35,952 nucleotides of DNA from Candidatus Woesearchaeota archaeon (GTDB lineage: Archaea; Nanobdellota; Nanobdellia; Pacearchaeales; GW2011-AR1), in contig CAZHRM010000002.1 of NCBI GenBank assembly GCA_964534855.1, positions 1-35,952 of the forward strand. The letters run 5' to 3'. Position 1 is the first letter of the stretch; the number at the start of each line of letters is the position of its first letter. The notes beneath the pieces are model-generated. The model made no database searches. It was not told the DNA's origin and saw nothing but the letters and a program-made list of their open reading frames with translations. Shown piece after piece: positions 15,791 to 22,092 of this stretch. The position numbers and the translations under genes were made by a program.

Positions 15791-17308
15791 TTAAGTTTTC
15801 ATCCAAAATTTCATTTTTCTTAATTTAGCTAAATCATTTTTGTAAAGTTCTCTGAGATCTTTTATATTATAGTAATCTGTTATGATTCTGTCAAAACCAA
15901 GACCCCATGCTAATACTGGAATTGGTTCTCCAAGTAAGGGTATTGTCATTTCTGGTCGAAATATTCCTGCTCCACATAATTCCAACCAAACTTTTTTTTC
16001 AGGATGCCAAATGTCAATTTCTACTGACGGTTCTGTATAGGGGAAGTATCCTGGCCTGAATCTTATTTTTTTAAAACCCATTTTTTTGAGAAATTGTTTT
16101 AAATAGCCGAGCAGATGCCTGAAGTCTGCGTTTTTGTCCACGACAATTCCTTCTGTTTGATAAAACTCAAATCCATGGCTCCAATCGACTGTTTCGTTTC
16201 TGAAGCATTTTCCCACTGCGAAGAATTTTGCAGGAAGCTCTTCTTTTTTAAGCTTAAATAAAGTTTGAGCAGATAAGCAAGTGGTGTGTGTTCTTAATAC
16301 AAGTTTTTTTGCTTCTTCTTCACTCCATAAATATTCCCAGCCCTTGCTCCCTTCAATACCCTTTTCATGAGAATCCCTTACAGCTTTTACAAGTTTTTTG
16401 TTAGGAAGTTCAATTTTTTTGTCTATAAAAAAACTATCCTGTATTTCTCTTACAGGATGGTCTTGTGGCGTGAATAATGCATCAAAATTCCAAAAACTAC
16501 TTTGAATTAAGTCTCCTGTCATTTCCTTAAAACCCATCTCTGTCCATATTTTTTTTGCATGATCTATTGATTGATTTACAAAATGCCTTTTACCGCCATG
16601 AATTTCTGGAAGGGGCGAGGTAACATCATATCTTCTGAATTTTTTTCCTTTCCATAATTTTTCTTCTCTCAAAATTTTTGGATTTATTTGTTCAATTAAA
16701 TTTTGACTTTCAATTTTAGAATTGATTATTCTTTTTCCCAAATCAGTAAGTTCTATATCAATTCTTTTTTCTTCTTTTATCTGTATTATGTTCCTTCTAT
16801 TTTGGAGGGATTTTAGTGCATAGAGTTGTTCGGGGGATATTGAATCATATTCTATTGGAAGAGACTCAATGAAAAATTCTTCGAGTGTTTTTTTGGAAAT
16901 TTCTTCATTGTTTGCGTTTAAAATTATTTTTCCCTTTTTTAGTTCGATCATAGCTTTCTTCTTTAATGCGCCAAGAGATGCTTTAAATTCGTCGTTAGAT
17001 AAAGAGCTTTGTTTTTGTGCATCCTTCAATTTGAGAATTCTTTTTTCTCTTAAAAGATTTAGAAGCCTTCTCTCTGGCAAACCCTTTTTTTTATATAAGG
17101 CTCCATTAACTCCTATTTCTATTATTTTCTTTTTTTTAAAGGGAAGATTTAGTATCTTTTTGTTCTGTAAATATTCCAAGGCTCTCAATACGGAGACCTT
17201 GTCTAAATTTGATTTTTTGCAGATTTCACTTATTTTTTTTTCTTCGATATATGGAAGAATTCTTCTTTCATTTGGACTAAGAGATTCTATTATTTTTTGG
17301 ATGTTCAT
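15791..17308 (-). CDS. pheS: Phenylalanyl-tRNA synthetase alpha subunit, archaeal/eukaryotic type
   Basis: 505 aa with N-terminal winged-helix repeats and class II motifs (FWNFDALFTPQDHPVRE, LRTHTT, FAVGKCFRNE, AWGLGFDRI). Confidence 0.9.
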   Translation of the reverse strand: MNIQKIIESLSPNERRILPYIEEKKISEICKKSNLDKVSVLRALEYLQNKKILNLPFKKKKIIEIGVNGALYKKKGLPERRLLNLLREKRILKLKDAQKQSSLSNDEFKASLGALKKKAMIELKKGKIILNANNEEISKKTLEEFFIESLPIEYDSISPEQLYALKSLQNRRNIIQIKEEKRIDIELTDLGKRIINSKIESQNLIEQINPKILREEKLWKGKKFRRYDVTSPLPEIHGGKRHFVNQSIDHAKKIWTEMGFKEMTGDLIQSSFWNFDALFTPQDHPVREIQDSFFIDKKIELPNKKLVKAVRDSHEKGIEGSKGWEYLWSEEEAKKLVLRTHTTCLSAQTLFKLKKEELPAKFFAVGKCFRNETVDWSHGFEFYQTEGIVVDKNADFRHLLGYLKQFLKKMGFKKIRFRPGYFPYTEPSVEIDIWHPEKKVWLELCGAGIFRPEMTIPLLGEPIPVLAWGLGFDRIITDYYNIKDLRELYKNDLAKLRKMKFWMKT

Positions 17309-17351
17309 TTTATTTTGAACAAAACTATATTAAAAAATGTTCTGTTTTGTC

Positions 17352-17804
17352 TCATAACTTGCTCGTCATCCAAGTGGGCATTCCAAGAACAAGACCTAGT
17401 GCCTTCAAATCATGCTTACTTCTCTTAATTCCTGAAGGAGAAATAAATTCCATTTTTAACTTATTTTTGTTACAAAGTTTTATATTTTGTTTTATTCTCG
17501 CAAGAATTTCTGCCTTGGTTTTTTCCTCTGAATTGATTACCTCATCTAAATTTATTCCAATTGCAACATTATTTTTTTTCGCTATTTTTGCGAGAACGTG
17601 ATTAAAACTTGAGTCTCTTTGTTTTTGAAAATCCCTTTTTTTTGATTGGTTTAAAAGAAGAATGTCAATTGGTATTTTTTCTAGGACTTTCCTATTCAAC
17701 TCATCGTCATTACTTGAGAAAACAATTATTTTGTTCTTGTTTTTTTTTATCTTCTCTCTTGCCTTTACAAAATTATTTTCTTGTATTAGAATGTGATTTT
17801 TCAT
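17352..17804 (-). CDS. rnp3: Probable RNase P protein component 3 (Rpp30-like), unusually short
   Basis: 150 aa. ...LAKIAKKNNVAIGINLDEVI...ILARIKQNIKLCNKNKLKMEFISPSGIKRSKHDLKALGLVLGM parallels the C-terminal two-thirds of the Rpp30 TIM barrel (vaiEi..ll, R..l, S.A....lr.p.dl..l...lG). Judged by eye only. Confidence 0.5.
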   Translation of the reverse strand: MKNHILIQENNFVKAREKIKKNKNKIIVFSSNDDELNRKVLEKIPIDILLLNQSKKRDFQKQRDSSFNHVLAKIAKKNNVAIGINLDEVINSEEKTKAEILARIKQNIKLCNKNKLKMEFISPSGIKRSKHDLKALGLVLGMPTWMTSKL

Positions 17805-17806
17805 GA

Positions 17807-18496
17807 TTATCCTTGGATTACTGTCCCAATAAAGTTTTTATTATTTAGGACATTGTCAAGTTGTTTTAAATTTTTTCCTATAATGTAAGTTTTGATTTTA
17901 TTTTCTAAAATTATTTTTGAGGATTTTTGGTCAAGAACAAAATGTTGTCCTGGTTCAAATTTTATTTTATTTGCCATTTTGTGGAATTTTTTCCATGAAA
18001 TTTTTGGAATGAATTTTGCGTTTTTGTATTTAATAGGATTTTTATTATACAAACCTTGAACGTTTGTTAGATTAATAAAATTTGTTTTAAACTGTTTTGC
18101 AATTTCAGCTGATGTTGAATCAGAACTTTGGTCTGGGTGATATTCTAATGCTCCACAAAATACAATGCCCTGTCTTTTTATGTATTTCTTGAGAGTTCTC
18201 ATTTTATGAGGAATTCCCCTTTCTGGGTTAATGTTGAAAAAATAGCTTACGAATCTTGCATTCGTTCTCGTTGCTGAAATTCCTGAAAAACTCTGAAATT
18301 TTTCCTTTACTTTTAAAATTTTCAAGGCAGAAATATATTTTCTTGCGATACTTCCTCCCCCACACACAATCACAAATTTATATTTCTTTGTATTTTTTTT
18401 AATTATTTTTTTAAATTCCCTGAGGAATTTTGTGTTTATGTTATCTGGAATAATTAAACTTCCTCCAAGACTTATTACTATTACCTCTTTTTTCAT
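17807..18496 (-). CDS. pyrH: Uridylate (UMP) kinase, archaeal type
   Basis: 229 aa of the amino-acid-kinase fold (ISLGGSLI, VIVCGGGSIARKY, TRTNA, SSDSTSAEIA, NVQGLYNKNP), collinear with archaeal PyrH. Confidence 0.8.
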   Translation of the reverse strand: MKKEVIVISLGGSLIIPDNINTKFLREFKKIIKKNTKKYKFVIVCGGGSIARKYISALKILKVKEKFQSFSGISATRTNARFVSYFFNINPERGIPHKMRTLKKYIKRQGIVFCGALEYHPDQSSDSTSAEIAKQFKTNFINLTNVQGLYNKNPIKYKNAKFIPKISWKKFHKMANKIKFEPGQHFVLDQKSSKIILENKIKTYIIGKNLKQLDNVLNNKNFIGTVIQG

Positions 18497-18533
18497 GGAA
18501 GGAAGAAGGAAGAGATGTTTTTATATTTTAGCC

Positions 18534-18815
18534 TTACTTTATAGTAAACAACTTGTTATCTTTAACATCGAAAATTTCCAATCTCACACCTGCATCGAGC
18601 CAGCCATGAGCATAATTTAAAGCTGCAAACACATTTACCAAATCCTGCTTTTTTTCAAAATATTTTGCATCTGAAAGATAATTAGAAACCATGTCAATTA
18701 TTTCTTTCGCTTTTTTTTCTTTTCCTTTTATAATTGAGCTCTTCACGATTTTTAATGCTTTGTTAGTTAGCGTTTGATATTTTTTTATTTTCTCTTTTGT
18801 TATTTTATTCTGCAT
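18534..18815 (-). CDS. Small helical protein, DUF357-like
   Basis: 93 aa. The ...YLSDAKYF.....LVNVFAALNYAHGWLDAGVRL motif is reminiscent of archaeal DUF357. The assignment is from memory only. Confidence 0.45.
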   Translation of the reverse strand: MQNKITKEKIKKYQTLTNKALKIVKSSIIKGKEKKAKEIIDMVSNYLSDAKYFEKKQDLVNVFAALNYAHGWLDAGVRLEIFDVKDNKLFTIK

Positions 18816-18817
18816 TT

Positions 18818-19528
18818 TTATTCATGAAAAGTTTGATTGGGAGCATACATCATTTTTTTGATTATGAATCTTGAGCTAATTACTTCAGAAATTATTGCTA
18901 ATAAAATTAATTTACCTACAATCACTTTAAAAATTCCTTCTTGGATTGGAATTCTTGTAGTTTCAGAGAATTTTTTTATTATCTGCTCTATCTCCTCTTT
19001 GCTCAGAATTATGTTTGTTTTTTTTGTTCCCATTGTTCCTCTGACGAGGACATTTACATCTGATCCATCGCATTCTATAACTTTTACTAAGGGGTCTTTT
19101 ATTAGGGGATTTAATTTCTCTAAATCTATTTGCATATTCGTTGGTACTGGTTTTAGATACTCGAGTCCTGGAGGAAGTCTTGGCCTTGGAATTCTTATTA
19201 CACGGTTTTGTTCCAACCCTTGTGTAGGATAAAGATTTCCTTTTGGAATGGTTGGTTTTGGAAGAGGATTTAGAAATTCTTTTTTTTGAGGAAGAGAAAG
19301 TAATTCTTCTTTTTCTTCGATTTTTCTTTTAATGATTTTTGGAAGCTCTTTTTGTTTTTCTTCTTCTTCCTTTAAAATATTTTTTAATTCAAAAACTTCG
19401 CTTGTTCCTGAATTTTCAATTAATTTTCTTGTAAATTCCAAAAGAAAAAATGTCTTGAATTCTTCTGAAGTTCGCTGAATTCTTTTTTCTGGAGAATGAG
19501 CTAAAACTATTGATTTTTGTTTAAGCAT
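18818..19528 (-). CDS. Stand-alone FlaI/GspE/VirB11-type N-terminal domain protein; no ATPase domain
   Basis: I prefer the ATG at 19528 (MLKQKSIV...), which abuts the upstream stop at 19530. The C-terminal LEKLNPLIKDPLVKVIECDGSDVNVLVRGTMGTKKTNIILSKEEIEQIIKKFSETTRIPI...SRFIIKK is collinear with the N-domain of secretion/archaellum ATPases. The ORF stops where the Walker A domain would begin. Confidence 0.55.
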   Translation of the reverse strand: MLKQKSIVLAHSPEKRIQRTSEEFKTFFLLEFTRKLIENSGTSEVFELKNILKEEEEKQKELPKIIKRKIEEKEELLSLPQKKEFLNPLPKPTIPKGNLYPTQGLEQNRVIRIPRPRLPPGLEYLKPVPTNMQIDLEKLNPLIKDPLVKVIECDGSDVNVLVRGTMGTKKTNIILSKEEIEQIIKKFSETTRIPIQEGIFKVIVGKLILLAIISEVISSRFIIKKMMYAPNQTFHE

Positions 19529-19529
19529 C

Positions 19530-20105
19530 TTATTGTCCAGGTAATTGCCTGAATCTTGTTTTAGAATTTTCTGATATAGGCGAAGCTTCTGATAAGCCAT
19601 CTGAAGAAATTGATTTTTGATATCCTTCCCTGTTTACTTCTCTTTCCTGATTTGGTCTTGGAGCCTGAATTGTTCTTTGCATTCTAGGCATTTGAGTATG
19701 AGGATAATTAGGTTCTTGTCTTGTAGGGGGTTCATGCAGTAAAGTTAGTCCCCTCGCGATTATTTTGTTTTGTTCAAATAAATTATCTATCTTTTCTATA
19801 ATTTTTTTGTTATCTTTGTTTTCTTTTTCTAAATTAAAATCCTTTTCAGCCAGTGCTTTTGCAGATATTTCAAATAAATCCAATAGTTTTGATATTTGAT
19901 TAGCAAGATTATCAAATTTTGCAGACAGGTTTGTCATAACTTTTTGTAAAGATACAAAATTTTCTATTAATACTCTCTCTATTTTAACTTCACTTGAAGT
20001 GCGAGTTATGGGTCTTTCATGAGTTGTTTCTTTGGTTTTATGAACTCTGTGTTTTTTTACAGAAGAACTCTTTTTTTTCTTGGTTTTACCTGCTTTTTTT
20101 ACCAT
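19530..20105 (-). CDS. Hypothetical protein with a basic N-terminus, central coiled coil and P/Q-rich C-terminus (191 aa)
   Basis: MVKKAGKTKKKKSSSVKKHRVHK..., a heptad-like middle, and TATA-like TTTATAAAT about 28 nt upstream of the ATG. Confidence 0.5.
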   Translation of the reverse strand: MVKKAGKTKKKKSSSVKKHRVHKTKETTHERPITRTSSEVKIERVLIENFVSLQKVMTNLSAKFDNLANQISKLLDLFEISAKALAEKDFNLEKENKDNKKIIEKIDNLFEQNKIIARGLTLLHEPPTRQEPNYPHTQMPRMQRTIQAPRPNQEREVNREGYQKSISSDGLSEASPISENSKTRFRQLPGQ

Positions 20106-20186
20106 GTTTTATAAAGGGTTTTTATGTTTATAAATTTAATTCTAATGGTCAAGAAATCTTTTTTAAGTTTTAATCTTGCTCATTAA

Positions 20187-22001
20187 TTAAAATCTGTTTC
20201 CTATTAATGCTCTTATACCATTTTCAATGTGTGGCTTTGTTGGCTCTGCCCCCATATTTCCGAGAAGCACTGGATTATTTTTAAGGTAATTACCTGAACT
20301 TGGATTATAAAGTTTGTAAGATACAATCTCACCATTTTTAGGAACTGAAGCTGAATATGTAAAAATTTGATTTAAAGCTGCTCTTACTTTTTCGTGCTCA
20401 CTGGCATTTTTTGGCACATCAACTTTAAAGAATCTACCATACATATTAACAAACAACTCCTCATTCTTTGCTTCAACCAGAGAAATTGCATGTGCATAGT
20501 CTTTGCTTATTGGCAGATAGTTTAATACATGTGCTTTGTACCCTTGTTGAACTGCTCTATATGAAAACCAATTGGCTAGTTCATCACAATCTCCACCTGA
20601 TTTTTCAACCTCGGAAGGAGTTCTCGGTGGATCAAGGCCTTCTGTTTGTTCTAAGTTAGAGCTATATTCATTGATTTTTCTTATGCTATTAAGCCATGTG
20701 TTTTCCTCAAATGGCAGGCCATAGTCTTTATTTCCAGTTAAAGCATATATTCCCTCTCTTGGTACATAATTTTCAAAATCATCTTGTATATCCTTAGGTT
20801 TGCCATAAGGTATACTAAAGTTAATTCCAATAATATCTGCATGCCCTTTTAGTAATTCTTCTCTGTTATAAAAAATTTCCACAAGTTTGTTCTTTTTTCT
20901 TCCTATTTTTTTTCCTATAGATAATAAGTATCTTTTATGTTTTAGATTACTGTTATCTTTTTCAAAATAATTTTTTATTAGCCAATCAAATGTTTCAATG
21001 TGTAGACCAAATCTTTTTCTCAAAAGTTCTGGCAATTCTTTGTCGTCTCGCGACTTTTCTAGAGTAGCAAGGGCTGCTATTCCTGTTGTGTCTCTTCTCC
21101 ATTCCAGAGCAGTTGTTGCACCTTTCTTTTCTGCTTTATCCAAGAAAAAATATTTGTTAGTATTAACATCAAGATGATGATAACCAATTGTATTATACCA
21201 AGTCAATTTATTTGATAATTTGAATTTATAGTTTAGTCTTGCCTCAAGTGCATAACTGTCAAAAAGCAATTTACCTTTAGGGAGGCTGTATACAATATCT
21301 CCTCCAGCTTCCCCTATCAAATCTGTTCTGTCGCTTTTGAACAGAGGAAGATATAACCTGTCTTCAAGACCAAGCAGGAATTGTTCTTCACTATTGTTGT
21401 TTCCAATATTATCCGAAAAAAATCCTGTTTTGACTTTTGTTTCATTTTTTACTTTTTTGCCACTTATATATTTAATTCCCAACTTTACTAATCTTTCTCT
21501 ACTAATCCTTCCTAATTTTTCACTAAGTGCGCCCAAAAAAAATGATACATTATCTCTTATTTTAAAATCATAATTTAATTGAACTTCTTCAACTTCTTTT
21601 TCTCCAATTCTAACAGATAGATTACCGTTGTAAGCATTGAGATTTAATTCTGCTTTATTTTGTGAAGTGTCTAAACTTATTAAGTGGTCTGTCTCATAAT
21701 TCTTTTTTACTTCTTCTTTCTCAATTTTTCCTTCTTTATATCCTCTTTCTTTTTGAAGATGATTTTTTTCCTTTTTCTCTTCTCTTTCATCAAGCTCTTT
21801 TTCTTTTAATTCAAGGAAATCTTCAAAAGATAAATTCGATGTTTCATCTAATTTCTGGACTTCTGGTTTTATGTTTTGAGAATATTCCGTTTCTTGAGCA
21901 TATGATTTAGATATTGGTGAAAAATACAAGACACTGCTAACCAATCCTGCCATTCCACAACACAGAACATCTCTTCCAATATTCTTAATTCTTGTCTTCA
22001 T
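20187..22001 (-). CDS. Large secreted protein with a C-terminal transglutaminase-like/papain-like Cys-His core
   Basis: Signal-like N-terminus (...SKSYAQE), a K/E-rich linker, a beta-rich middle, and C-terminal GGDCDELANWFSYRAVQQGYKAHVLNY...YAHAISLVE. The last resembles the G.C..fA...GipA....HaW transglutaminase-core pattern. Confidence 0.55.
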   Translation of the reverse strand: MKTRIKNIGRDVLCCGMAGLVSSVLYFSPISKSYAQETEYSQNIKPEVQKLDETSNLSFEDFLELKEKELDEREEKKEKNHLQKERGYKEGKIEKEEVKKNYETDHLISLDTSQNKAELNLNAYNGNLSVRIGEKEVEEVQLNYDFKIRDNVSFFLGALSEKLGRISRERLVKLGIKYISGKKVKNETKVKTGFFSDNIGNNNSEEQFLLGLEDRLYLPLFKSDRTDLIGEAGGDIVYSLPKGKLLFDSYALEARLNYKFKLSNKLTWYNTIGYHHLDVNTNKYFFLDKAEKKGATTALEWRRDTTGIAALATLEKSRDDKELPELLRKRFGLHIETFDWLIKNYFEKDNSNLKHKRYLLSIGKKIGRKKNKLVEIFYNREELLKGHADIIGINFSIPYGKPKDIQDDFENYVPREGIYALTGNKDYGLPFEENTWLNSIRKINEYSSNLEQTEGLDPPRTPSEVEKSGGDCDELANWFSYRAVQQGYKAHVLNYLPISKDYAHAISLVEAKNEELFVNMYGRFFKVDVPKNASEHEKVRAALNQIFTYSASVPKNGEIVSYKLYNPSSGNYLKNNPVLLGNMGAEPTKPHIENGIRALIGNRF

Positions 22002-22092
22002 TTTATATCTTATTAATCTTCTTTTTGGATAGAAAAACTTTAATTTAGAAATAATTAAACTCTTTTTAAATATTCTTATATTGTAAATTATC

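Noticed and set aside
20900-21700. The beta-rich middle region of the 604-aa secreted protein read as a bacterial outer-membrane beta-barrel.
   Set aside because: The alternating-hydrophobicity strands are suggestive. However, the host is clearly archaeal with no outer membrane expected, there is no terminal aromatic OMP signature, and the region is followed by a soluble-looking domain. I cannot support this without structure prediction.
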